Assembly: GCF_964355755.1 (NCBI RefSeq)
Contig: NC_092676.1
Span: 93,588 to 157,587, forward strand
Source of the DNA: Antedon mediterranea
Lineage: Eukaryota > Animalia > Echinodermata
DNA length: 64,000 nt
Reading direction: 5' to 3'
Of the stretch, positions 40,101 through 52,932 are shown in pieces. The notes below the pieces were generated by a model. It did not search any database, was not told the DNA's origin, and was given only the letters and a program-made list of their open reading frames with translations. The first letter of the stretch is position 1. Every line of letters starts with the position of its first letter. Both the position numbers and the translations under genes were made by a program.

Positions 40101-43100
40101 GGAATTGCCGAGTTGTATACGTGGGTTTCAAGTGACAATTACGATTGTCGTTTACATTTTTGGTACGACATATTCATACCTGGAACTAGTTCCTTGCATG
40201 TAACAATTGAATACTACAATGTTGTAAGAAAAGAAGTTTGGAAGGAAATGGCTGACGTGAATAGAATGTGGACAGAGGCTAGTGTACTGATAGGAAAAGG
40301 ACACAACATGGCAGTACGTTACACACATCATTTTGTAAACTGTTTATTTTTCTTTTCTTATTACTTTGTACTATTAATTACGGTTAGTCGTATTCGATAT
40401 CTAATTTAAATTAAACTACTCTATACTTAAATGTAATGTTGGTTTACTCCTAGATTATAATTCAAGCTAAACAAGTTACAGAAATAACCGGAGGCATAAG
40501 CATCGATGACGTCAGTCTTATAAATTGTGAAAGGACGGGTAGGTATTTAATTGTCTCACAGAGAAATCCTCTTATCATTTTTATAATACATTTTTCTGTA
40601 TTTTTTTTATAAACTGATGAAACTCGGTGATTAGCTTTCCATGCAAAGAGTTAATATATACTGTAGTTTGTTATCTTTATCTCCTTTTTTTCATTTATTA
40701 CCTTTACAATTCTAGGCCTCAATGTTCTTTTCTTTTATTTTGATAGATACGATAATTGATGTATGCATGGATGGTAAAATGACATGTCTTAACGGAAATT
40801 GTATTGATTTGGAAAACGCATGTAATTACGAAAACGATTGTGGGGACTTTTCTGATGAAAAATACTGCGGTAAGTCACGGCAATGATGATATTGTCTCAT
40901 GAGTTATGTCACTGCAAACTATCAGTATGTTGGTCGCAGTGTTGATTGATTATAGATACAAAGTAGAAAACATCAGTGACAACAACCAATTATACTATAC
41001 TCTTTAAACATTGTAGTGAACATATTATTATTGTACATCATTATACAGAAGGTTATCCTGCATCATGTGACTTTGAATATGACTTTTGTGATTGGAAACA
41101 AGATTCTAACGATGATCTAGATTGGTTAATAAAGTCTTCTAAGAGTCCATATATAGGAGTGGGTCCAATTAGTGATCATACATTTAAATATGATTACGGT
41201 ATGAATTCAATTATTTCTATTTTCAATTTTAGTTCGGTTTTTCACTAATATTACGTCATCTTCATTTTATGATCATGCCAACCTATGTAAATCAAATAAT
41301 AATAATTTGAATTTAGGTAAATACATATACGTGCCGTCTACTTCTGAATTGAGTGCTGGCAATGGTAAAGTCGCTCGACTTGTTAGCCCAATGATAAAGA
41401 TGACAAGTCACCATTGTAAGGTATATATTATTTATTTATGTTACTACTAGGCCTATAGACGACTGTATTATATTAGGTACATATTACAACAAATTATAAC
41501 AAGATTCTTTCTTTTTTTTAGCTTCGTTTGTGGTATTTCATCGATGGCTTCAAAACAAGTCCTCTAATTATTTATCAACTGACGAGGAATCAATATGACG
41601 AAAATGATTTGAAGAAGGTTGGCGAAATCAGTTATCCTACGTTGAATTACTGGAAGTTATGGAGCGTGTTACTCAACCAACTTCAAACAAACTTCCAGGT
41701 TCAGTATCTTAAAACTCTTTTATGTTACATTGTTCATACCAAATGCACGATTTGGTTTATATACTTGATCTGTTTTTGGTGTTATAGGCTTTGCCCAAAT
41801 TATTCGTGTTTTAATGAATATTTTTATGAGCTATATGTACATTTAATTCTTCTAGATTGTTATAGAGAGTACCATCAAAGGAGGCACAGACGCGCAATTT
41901 ATTGCTATCGATGACGTCTCGCTATCAGACTCATGTATAACAGAAAGTAGTATACCAGCTGACGACGAAATAATACGTTTTAATTTGTGCGAAGACGGCC
42001 GAAGATTCCAATGTGGAATTTCAAATCAATGCTTTGAAGAAGTTCAGAGATGCAATTTTGTAAATGATTGTGAAGATGGCTCTGACGAAAATGAATGCGG
42101 TATGTTTTCAAATGGGAATAAAAATGAAATATAAATTAATTTTTGATTATTTAAATGCTCTACCATTTTACACGATTCAGGCGCAACATGTGGGTTTGAT
42201 ACCGGTTGGTGTGGATGGAAAGTTACTAAGAAGGAAGGCTTTAACTGGATGCGATCAAATGGAAAAACGTCTTCACCTAAAGACACTAGACCACGTGTTG
42301 ATCACACTAACGGTGGTACATTTAACGGTTTGTACTTTATCATATTATTTTTCATATATCACATGATATGTTTCAGTTGTAATAATCTAAACTGAATTGA
42401 ACTTGTCATTTTAGGTTATTATGTATACTTGCAAACCAGTGATCGGAATGGATCCGTCAGTGTGTTATATCCAGCAAACGTGTTTCTATATTATAGTCCA
42501 ACCTTTCAGCATTGTAGTGCTGCTTGTACATTTAGTATGTGGTACCATATGAACGGATATGGTACTGGCACACTCTCGGTGTATATACGAACATATGTGC
42601 CAAATAAGGTAGGAACATACTTTCACAAACAGTCGTGGTGGTTAAAGCATCAACTTATATCAGTCAACTTGTCATTGGTAACTGGTTTGGTATCATTGGT
42701 GTTATTTTGTAGGCCTATTTGTTTTTGTGGAGGTGGTAGTAACAATACATTTGGATCATTATTTTTCAGAACATATGCCTTTGGTCAATAGATCAAAATA
42801 AAGAAGATAAATGGATGTCAACAAATGATATTATAATCGGACATCAAGAACAATTTACACTGTTCATTGAATACACATTAAACACGGCAATAATTGGACA
42901 TGTCGCAATAGATGATATTCGTCTTAATCAGTGTGGGAAAGGTAGTGATTAATTAAAATCAATGGCATTTGGATGTTTTATATGTTTAACCATTGGTTGT
43001 GTTGATGTTTAATTAACTTAATTAGTTGTTCTGGTGATATTTTAGGCTGGTATATAGTGGTTATATTTCATAAATTGTATTTATAGAAATGTTTCAGGGA

Positions 43101-45244
43101 AATTGTTCTGCAGACGCAATCAAATGTAGTGACGGTAGTTGTGTAGAAAATGCGCACGTGTGTGATTTAAAAGCAGACTGTAAATGTGGACTAGATGAAA
43201 TTTACTGTAGTAAGTATTCATTCTCGAAATAGTTTGCAAGCTACGTCGGTTCTTCAATTGATTCTACTGAAAAGTGACTTTTTACGGTCCACAGATTCAA
43301 CTAATGGTGGATGTACATTCAACGGGGTTTTAGATGACTGTGGATGGAAGCAAGTTATTGATGAAGACCATGTATTATCTTGGAATCAACATGAAGGAAC
43401 AGACAGAAATATCAATTCAAAAGGCAAGGATAATGTAGGATCAGTTATTTTGATGCAATGTGCTTAAATGTAAAATGATTTTGTTTAAACATGGTTATAG
43501 TGATATCGTAGAGTTTTGTGGTGTTTTTAACTTGTAGACAACTGTCATTTCATATTTTACTTAGGTGATGTCTTGTTGGTGAAACCATCCAAAGACCAAA
43601 GGGGGGGGAAAGGTCAAGTTACAACTAGTGAATTTATTACAACTTCAGATGTTTGTTTTTTACGATTTTGGTATCGAATTTTCGGTGATGGCACCGAATA
43701 TTTACGGGTAATTTTCGTTTATAAAAATAATAATAATTTAATAAGTTGCGTTCTAACTTTATTATTACGTGCTCTAATCGGATCTCTCTTTGAATAACGA
43801 AAAAATGGCACTACAATTGTAGGGAGTTTTTTGTGAAAGTTGTAAAAAACATTATTTTTAATTCTTCTATTAAAGGTTTATACTCGATCGTTAACACCCG
43901 ATAGGAGTTTGCTATTAATGTATCATCAATCAAGTCAAACTGTTGGTTGGAAATACGTAGCCATGCCGGTTTATTATATTCATAATTATACTGTTGTATT
44001 CGAGGGTACAGTTTCATCAAATCATTCGTCTTATGTTGCTATTGATGACGTCACATTCTCAAAAGATTGCGTTTATGGTATTACCATGTTTACTTACCTT
44101 TTTCCTATTAGTCTTGTTAGTATGTATCCAGTTAGTAACAACATCCAATATTCCTTTAAGCATAAATGTGTTTTTCGTCCAGACCATTTTCTATCATGTT
44201 CCTATCATGAAGAGAATAAATCTTTTTTTTAAAATTTATAATGCAATATATTGCGCTCATGTGTAACAAATAATAACTAGGCCTATTAATATAAAGTAAC
44301 AAATAACTAGGTCTACCTGGAATCGATATCATAATTGCGTCTAGGTCTGGATTATTCCATGCTCTTTACTCATATTACGTTTCCTAAGATCTATCTTATT
44401 TTTACAATGTAAAATCATATAATAAATATATGTGTGTCCTATTAATTACAATACAGCTCCGGGAATATATTCAAACCCACTTGCTACAGACTGTCCAATG
44501 CCGTACGACGGTAAGAAACTATGCATTTAATTCACTACAGAATTATTTTTAATAATCATCACACAAAAACATACAAAAAACAAAACAAAAAATTTTCATT
44601 TTTCATTCAATAATTCTATATTTAGGAAACTACTTTGGTGTTTTTGTGGTAATCACCATTTGCATTGTTACCGTTGTTTTGGTCTCGACGTGTTATCTTG
44701 TTAGGTCAAGAAAACAGAAATTATTGACTTGGTAAATATTCTGTACTTTTACATTTTACTCGGTCTTCATAATGGCAACCTACCCGAAAAAGTAACAGTT
44801 ACTACGTTTGTTTATTACGTTAGGCTAATTATGCGCGTTGGCACTATTTTAGTGGAAGGGGACTTCTAAATTACCTCCCTTTTTAACTTTTGAAACACAG
44901 TCTGTCGAAGATGGCTTTTTTCAATATTAATTCAAATAGTAACCGTTTAATTGTTTTTATCATTTCTTAATTACAATAGTATACGTCAGAATGAAAGTGC
45001 TGATAGCACTGAAACTGGACATTACCTGGCAGCACACTGGGTAAGTATGCATTATTTAGGTTTTAACAAAACACAAGCTTATTTTATTGACGGGAGATCG
45101 TGGGTGTTCGTTACAACTGTAATTTTACTCTACCTTATAAACTCTCCTTTTGACGGAAAATTATGTATTTACTGTAGGCCTACTGCTTTTACCATATTTG
45201 TTTTTTTATAGGTTTATAATATCAGTGATAAAGGAACACAATGA
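37104..45244 (+). CDS. MAM and LDL-receptor class A repeat type-I membrane protein (MALRD1/MAMDC4-like)
   Basis: More than 25 exons: signal exon 37104-37152, ~5 LDLa repeats (CDFVDDCPDGSDE, CDYSNDCCDGTDE, CNYENDCGDFSDE, CNFVNDCEDGSDE, CDLKADCKCGLDE) alternating with ~6 MAM domains (CNFE..CGW, CDFE..CDW, AIDD motifs). TM exon ~44627-44731 (YFGVFVVITICIVTVVLVSTCYLV-RSRK), then a ~40-aa tail ending VYNISDKGTQ*. Confidence 0.88.
39090..39227 (+). repeat. 33-bp tandem repeat (4 copies) spanning an exon end and 5' splice site
   Basis: atagctttgagtagcaagtatccctttaag|gta repeated; donors at 39123, 39156, 39189, 39222. Confidence 0.9.
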
Positions 45245-45573
45245 TCTAAATCTAAAAGAGTAACGGCGACACACGAGCAATACGATTGCTGTCATAGCAT
45301 AATTGCCTGTTATAACACACGATTGTAGTCTTGCAATTATGTAATAATTACGTTCTCTATCCTATAGTATTTAAATTTATACCGTTTGTTCCTTTAACGG
45401 TACCAGTAGACATATCTAAACAATAGTAGAATTACAAACAATCCTGCCTATTCTTGTTAAAACATTGAAGTTGCTGGCATTTAGCGATTAATGAATGTAT
45501 AATTTATTAATAAAGGTCAACCTATCAATATAATGAAATACATATAATTATGCTAGTTATTATATACAACAAA

Positions 45574-48500
45574 ATGTACAATTATGGTTCCATCTCTGAG
45601 GTTGAAGACGACATATCTACCACTACACAACAGGAAGAATCAAGTCGTCAGCAACCAATTATAAGTGCAGAAATTTGTGTTGTATTGTATACGTTTGTGT
45701 ATTCTGTAATATCTTCGGTTCAAGTGCAATATGTGGAATATATGGAGAGACTTGACCCTGATACATCAGAAGAAGCGTCATGTTCGAACGAATCTTCATC
45801 TGAAGAGTTAGACCTTAAAACGCGTGTTAATTTTATAGTTCTTGGTTTAATTGTAGCTAGCAGTGGAACCAGCTTTCTTGCGGTTCCAGTGATAAGTCAA
45901 ATATCATTACGTTTTGGATACAAGCGGGGCCTTTTAATAAATATTTCATTACTACTTTTATCCTGTTGTGTTTGGTTGATTTCTGTCCTTCTGGAATCAT
46001 CATATTGGTGGCTTGTTCTTGCACAGGTTATTAACGGGATTGGCGGAGGAGTTGCGGGTTCTCAAGCTTTAGTTACAGCCTATTTGTCTCTTATATATGA
46101 TAACTATCATCTTACTCAACGCCTTGTTGTTACTGGATCGTTGACACAGTTATTTATTGGAGTTGCTCAACTTTTAGTTGGATTTGTAATTAGTGATGAT
46201 AACTTCAGTTCATCATTTATAATGGCTACGTCAATTGCAGCTGCAGCAACGTTGTACACCGCACTTTGTATTAGGCATATACCCTCTAACATTGATATTA
46301 CTGAACCTGGTATTTTAAAGAAAATAAAAAAACTTATAAAAGAAAATTCATCAGCAGAGAATGTAAAATTTCTGTTAATTGGTCTGGTTCTATGTGGTCA
46401 CTGGGGTATAATGCGGGCTACAATTACTATTTCTGTTATCTATGTTATTTCTTATCCACTTTGTTGGAACAGTGAAACCGTCGGGTATTTCCTAGGATTG
46501 CTCTTTGGACTGGGAAGTGTAGGTAAGTCAACTCAAATATGTATAATTCGTTAATGTATATTGTTTATCATTAGTAGGCCTACCCTTACCATTATTCCGT
46601 ATCACCACACAGATTGCCAGTTTTACAGTTTATATCAGAAACACATCAGAAATTACAAATATGTCTGAAGCTTGGTTCCCACTAGAACGTAACGCAAGGA
46701 CGTAAACGCAACGCAAGCGTTTTAACCAATGACAAGCGAAGTTATAGACAGTTAGAAATCACAAGCAAATAATCCATCGCTTGTGATTGGTCAATTTACT
46801 TGCGTTGCGTTACGTCCTTGTGTTGCGTCGCTAGTGGTAACCACGCTTTATAGTGAGCCTGTCATACAAATGTGTTTTAACTGTCATAAACTACAAAATT
46901 TCTACAGGACAAGCCTCCTGTCATGAACTACAAAGTGTTTTAAAGGACACAGTGCCTGTCATTATGCACTGAACTGCATAGTGTTTCAGGACTCAGTGCC
47001 TGTCATTATGAACTGCATAGCGTTTCAGGATACAGTGCATGTCATTATGAACTGCATAGTGTTTCAGGACACAGTGCCTGTCATTATGAACTGCATAGCG
47101 TTTCAGGACATAGTGCCTGTCATTATGAACTGCATAGTGTTTCAGGACACAGTGCATGACATATGAACTGCATAGTGTTTCAGGACACAGTGCCTGTCAT
47201 TATGAACTGCATAGTGTTTCAGGACACAGTGCATGTCATATGAACTGCATAGTGTTTCAGGACACAGTGCCTGTCACTATGAACTGCATAGTGTTTCAGG
47301 ACACAGTGCCTGTCACTATGAACTGCATAGCGTTTCAGGACACAGTGCATGTCACTATGAACTGCATAGTGTTTCAGGACACAGTGCCTGTCATTATGAA
47401 CTGCATAGTGTTTCAGGACACAGTGCATGTCATTATGAACTGCATAGTGTTTCAGGACACAGTGCATGTCATTATGAACTGCATAGTGTTTCAGGACACA
47501 GTGCCTGTCATTATGAACTGCATAGTGTTTCAGGATACAGTGCCTGTCACTATGAACTGCATAGCGTTTCAGGACACAGTGCATGTCATTATGAACTGCA
47601 TAGTGTTGCAGGACACAGTGCATGTCACTATGAACTGCATAGTGTTTCAGGACACAGTGCCTGTCATTATGAACTGCATAGTGTTTCAGGACACAGTGCA
47701 TGTCATTATGAACTGCATAGTGTTTCAGGACACAGTGCATGTCATTATGAACTGCATAGTGTTTCAGGACACAGTGCCTGTCATTATGAACTGCATACTG
47801 TTTCAGGACACAGTGCCTGTCGTTATGAACTGCATAGTGTTTCAGGACACAGTGCATGTCATTATGAACTGCATAGTGTTTCAGGACACAGTGCCTGTCA
47901 TTATGAACTGCATAGTGTTTCAGGACACAGTGCATGTCATTATGAACTGCATAGTGTTTCAGGATACAGTGCCTGTCACTATGAACTGCATAGTGTTTCA
48001 GGATACAGTGCATGTCATTATGAACTGCATAGTGTTTCAGGACACAGTGCCTGTCATTATGAACTGCATAGTGTTTCAGGACACAGTGCATGTCATTATG
48101 AACTACATAGTGTTTCAGGACACAGTGCCTGTCATTATGAACTGCATAGTGTTTCAGGACACAGTGCCTGTCATATGAACTGCATAGTGTTTCAGGATAC
48201 AGTGCCTGTCATTATGAACTGCATAGTGTTTCAGGACACAGTGCCTGTCATTATGAACTGCATAGTGTTTCAGGACACAGTGCCTGTCATTATGAACTGC
48301 ATAGTGTTTCAGGACACAGTGCCTGTCATTATGAACTGCATAGTGTTTCAGGACACAGTGCATGTCATTATGAACTACATAGTGTTTCAGGACACAGTGC
48401 CTGTCACTATGAACTGCATAGCGTTTCAGGACACAGTGCATGTCATTATGAACTACATAGTGTTTCAGGACACAGTGCCTGTCACTATGAACTGCATAGC

Positions 48501-51500
48501 GTTTCAGGACACAGTGCATGTCATTATGAACTGCATAGTGTTTCAGGATACAGTGCCTGTCATTATGAACTGCATAGTGTTTCAGGACACAGTGCATGTC
48601 ATTATGAACTGCATAGTGTTTCAGGACACAGTGCCTGTCATTATGAACTACATAGTGTTTCAGGACACAGTGCCTGTCATTATGAACTGCATAGTGTTTC
48701 AGGACACAGTGCCTGTCACTATGAACTGCATAGCGTTTCAGGACACAGTGCCTGTCATATGAACTGCATAGTGTTTCAGGATACAGTGCCTGTCATTATG
48801 AACTGCATAGTGTTTCAGGACACAGTGCCTGTCATTATGAACTGCATAGTGTTTCAGGACACAGTGCCTGTCATTATGAACTGCATAGTGTTTCAGGACA
48901 CAGTGCCTGTCATTATGAACTGCATAGTGTTTCAGGACACAGTGCATGTCATTATGAACTACATAGTGTTTCAGGACACAGTGCCTGTCATTATGAACTG
49001 CATAGTGTTTCAGGATACAGTGCCTGTCGTTATGAACTGCATAGTGTTTCAGGACACAGTGCATGTCATTATGAACTGCATAGTGTTTCAGGACACAGTG
49101 CCTGTCATTATGAACTACATAGTGTTTCAGGACACAGTGCCTGTCATTATGAACTGCATAGTGTTTCAGGACACAGTGCATGTCATTATGAACTGCATAG
49201 TGTTTCAGGACACAGTGCATGTCATTATGAACTACATAGTGTTTCAGGACACAGTGCCTGTCATTATGAACTGCATAGTGTTTCAGGACACAGTGCATGT
49301 CATTATGAACTGCATAGTGTTTCAGGACACAGTGCCTGTCATTATGAACTGCATAGTGTTTCAGGACACAGTGCCTGTCATTATGCACTGCATAGTGTTT
49401 CAGGACACAGTGCCTGTCATTATGCACCGAACTGCATAGTGTTTCAGGACTCAGTGCCTGTCATTATGAACTGCATAGTGTTTCAGGACACAGTGCATGT
49501 CATTATGAACTGCATAGTGTTTCAGGACACAGTGCCTGTCATTATGAACTGCATAGTGTTTCAGGACACAGTGCCTGTCATTATGAACTGCATAGTGTTT
49601 CAGGACACAGTGCCTGTCATTATGAACTGCATAGTGTTTCAGGACACAGTGCATGTCATTACGAACTACATAGTGTTTCAGGACACAGTGCATGTCATTA
49701 TGAACTACATAGTGTTTCAGGACACAGTGCCTGTCACTATGAACTGCATAGTGTTTCAGGACACAGTGCATGTCATTATGAACTGCATAGTGTTTCAGGA
49801 CACAGTGCATGTCATTATGAACTGCATAGTGTTTCAGGACACAGTGCATGTCATTATGAAGTGCATAGTGTTTCAGGACTCAGTGCCTGTCACTGCACTA
49901 TGAACTGCATAGTGTTTCAGGACACAGTGCCTGTCATTATGAACTGCATAGTGTTTCAGGACACAGTGCCTGTCATTATGAACTGCATAGTGTTTCAGGA
50001 CACAGTGCCTGTCATTATGAACTGCATAGCGTTTCAGGACACAGTGCCTGTCATTATGAACTGCATAGTGTTTCAGGACACAGTGCATGTCATTATGAAC
50101 TGCATAGCGTTTCAGGACTCAGTGCCTGTCATTATGAACTGCATAGTGTTTCAGGACACAGTGCCTGTCATTATGAACTGCATAGCGTTTCAGGACACAG
50201 TGCATGTCATTATGAACTGCATAGTGTTTCAGGACACAGTGCCTGTCATTATGAACTGCATAGTGTTTCAGGACACAGTGCCTGTCATTATGAACTGCAT
50301 AGTGTTTCAGGACACAGTGCATGTCATTATGAACTGCATAGTGTTTCAGGACACAGTGCCTGTCATTATGAACTGCATAGTGTTTCAGGACACAGTGCAT
50401 GTCATTATGAACTGCATAGTGTTTCAGGACACAGTGCATGTCATTATGAACTACATAGTGTTTCAGGACACAGTGCATGTCATTATGAACTGCATAGCGT
50501 TTCAGGACTCAGTGCCTGTCATTATGAACTGCATAGTGTTTCAGGACACAGTGCCTGTCATTATGAACTGCATAGTGTTTCAGGACACAGTGCATGTCAG
50601 ACGAGAAAGTTGTTAAAGGACAGTGACTTTCATGTGAACACAAAGTGTGTTCAGGAATGGCATTGTGAACACAAAGTGTGTTCAGAAACGGCCTGTCATG
50701 AACTACAACATGTTTTAGACACAGTGCCTGGTATATGAATTACAAAATATTTTATACAGGACACAGTGCCTAGAAATTGTTTACATGACAGTGCATGTCA
50801 TATTATGAACTATAAAGTGTTTTACAATATTATGTATACGAGTCTAACCACATGGATAAATATTAATAATCGAATTGGTCTGTTTATGTTGTACTTTTAG
50901 GGCCGTTGCTCGTGTATTTTGGTACTATTCCTGATTTGTACCTGTGTTTACTTGGAATAGCTTCTTCTGCTCTTCTTATTTTATGCTGTGCATTTGGATA
51001 TAATACTGAAATTATGTTCGTGGGTAAGAACTTCTTTATTTACACAATTTATATTTATTCTCGATTTAACATCCAATGAAAGTAAAATGTTATGAGTGTC
51101 GGTAAATCCGTTCATTATGTCCATCTACCATTAATATTAGTATACATAATTCGCTGTGGCCATGTTACTTATAATAAAACTATTGAAAACCTGTATTATT
51201 ATTTTCAAAAAGGTGCATCTTTGTCACTGTTCCGGGCTGTAGTCGGTGCTGCGTTATTAGCATATATAAGTAAGATGTACCCTCATCCAAGTAGTAGTAA
51301 GTATATTAAAATATGTTTTGTTGTTGTTCTGTGTTTATGATTTGTTTTCTATGTATACGTCATATGACAATACTGTAACGTACGGTGACGTCATATGACA
51401 ATATTGTAACGTAAGGTGAGAGTCAATAAAATAAATGAATGTTTGACACAAAATGTATACGTCATGTGACATAAGAAGTTTACTATTTGACGGTTTTTTA

Positions 51501-52261
51501 TATTTTATTTTCGCAGAGGTTGCATTAGCAATAGCAGGTTGCTGGATAGCTATTGGTGAAATTATGGCACCTGGAGTATACCAAACAATTTATGGATTTA
51601 CTTTACAAATATCATCCTCCATTGTCTTCTTTATCATGGCTTTTCTTTACATCCCATGTGCCTTGGTTATAAGGTAGGTCTACGTTATACTATTCAAGAG
51701 CCTTGTCATACGTACTTCTGTTTTCTCCCCTTCTTTCTCTTTACCTCTATTTTGTGACATCACACTCCTGTTGTTGCATTCATTATATCCGTCGACACAA
51801 TATATAATTTACAATGCTGAATACCTACGTTAACTTGCCACATTTCGTGCTCTATTTCATCCCGTTTGGACCTTTCATTCCTTTGTTAAAGTAAAGGATT
51901 GGATGAGTCAATAAGTGCGTATTAGAAATCATCTCAGAACAATCCGGTTATTTTCTTTTTAACTTCAGGTATAACCCAATTGTTGTGTCCAATACAACAC
52001 ATAAACAAGTCAGTCATCAATAGAAAAGGCAATACTATTCGTCGACAGTTTCACTGTCCATTAAAATGTATTCATATCAATATATACATTAAGTATTGTC
52101 TATTCGAATTAGGCCTATATTTTAACTCAAATGTATGTTCAATTTTCAGCATATATGCGGGGTTGTTACCATCATGGAATATCGGTAACAGAGATGTAAA
52201 CGAAAAAAACGCCAAAAGAGAAGACCTGACTGAATCTTTATTAAATACTAACCATGATTGA
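45574..52261 (+). CDS. SLC46/proton-coupled folate transporter-like MFS protein (exons 45574 or 45550 to 46522, 50901-51023, 51213-51296, 51517-51673, 52150-52261)
   Basis: Multi-TM translation with SLC46-like features (QVQYV, Cys-containing first loop, ISLRFGYKRGL, INGIGGG, PLCWNSETVGY, APGVYQTIY). All five exons splice in frame via GT-AG. Confidence 0.8.
46669..46847. mobile_element. PIF/Harbinger-like MITE, copy 2
   Basis: AGCTTGGTTCCCACTAG...CTAGTGGTAACCACGCT; reverse-complement homolog of 32640-32818. Confidence 0.8.
46945..50598. repeat. 39-bp intronic satellite (~94 copies)
   Basis: atgaactgcatagtgtttcaggacacagtgc(c/a)tgtcatt. Degenerate copies flank both sides (~46855-46945 and ~50615-50825). 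Confidence 0.97.
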
Positions 52262-52310
52262 AGAGGGCTAATTTTTTTGACATTCTGTGACAATTTTATT
52301 TGATAAATAA

Positions 52311-52447
52311 GCCGAAATAGCGAGTGAGTGACCGAGTCTGACAGTAAAACCGTAATTACGTAGGCATAGCATCGACAAGGGTTCGAGACTCACTCGCTCC
52401 ATGTTTCTGCTGGTGGTAGAACGAGTCTTCTCTGATAAGAACTATAA
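52311..52447 (+). mobile_element. Probable tRNA-derived SINE fragment
   Basis: Pol III B-box-like GGTTCGAGAC (~52380), an upstream A-box-like TAGCGAGTG and a GCGAGTGAGT/ACTCACTCGC stem. It does not fold into a full cloverleaf. Confidence 0.45.
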
Positions 52448-52932
52448 TTTAAAAAATATATAAAGAAAGATACGTTATAATTTAAGTTATATTTGAAAAC
52501 AAATGATGATTGAATATTGAAATGAATACAAATTTGTATGTTCGTTTTAAATCAATATTTTCTTTCATTTTCATTCATTAAAGATAGTAATTGATGGTTT
52601 TTATAATGTTTTATAATATATTATATTGTTTTAATATTTGTAATCCATTCTATTAGTGGCGGGGTTCCCGCTGTTGAATGTGACGAAAAATAAATTAATA
52701 AATATTTGATATTTTTACTTTTTGGCACACATTACGTGCCATACAAATAAAAAGGGGAGTGGTTTCATAAAATTAAATCCGCGAAACAACAACGTGTTTG
52801 CTGCCCACAGTCAAAGAATATAATATCACATTCTTTGTCGCCACAGACCACAGTCCACATTGCACTTTCGCGACCACCACCAACACCAAACAAAGTAGAG
52901 CTGATACTGTACTGAAATATCCTGCATAAAAC

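Noticed and set aside
46981-50616. Long ORFs (up to 509 aa) of 13-aa repeats
   Set aside because: By-product of a 39-bp satellite inside an intron of the SLC46-like gene; open on both strands, broken by 38-bp variants, with no splice context.
52311-52400. tRNA gene
   Set aside because: A B box is present but there is no acceptor-stem or anticodon cloverleaf; treated as a SINE fragment.
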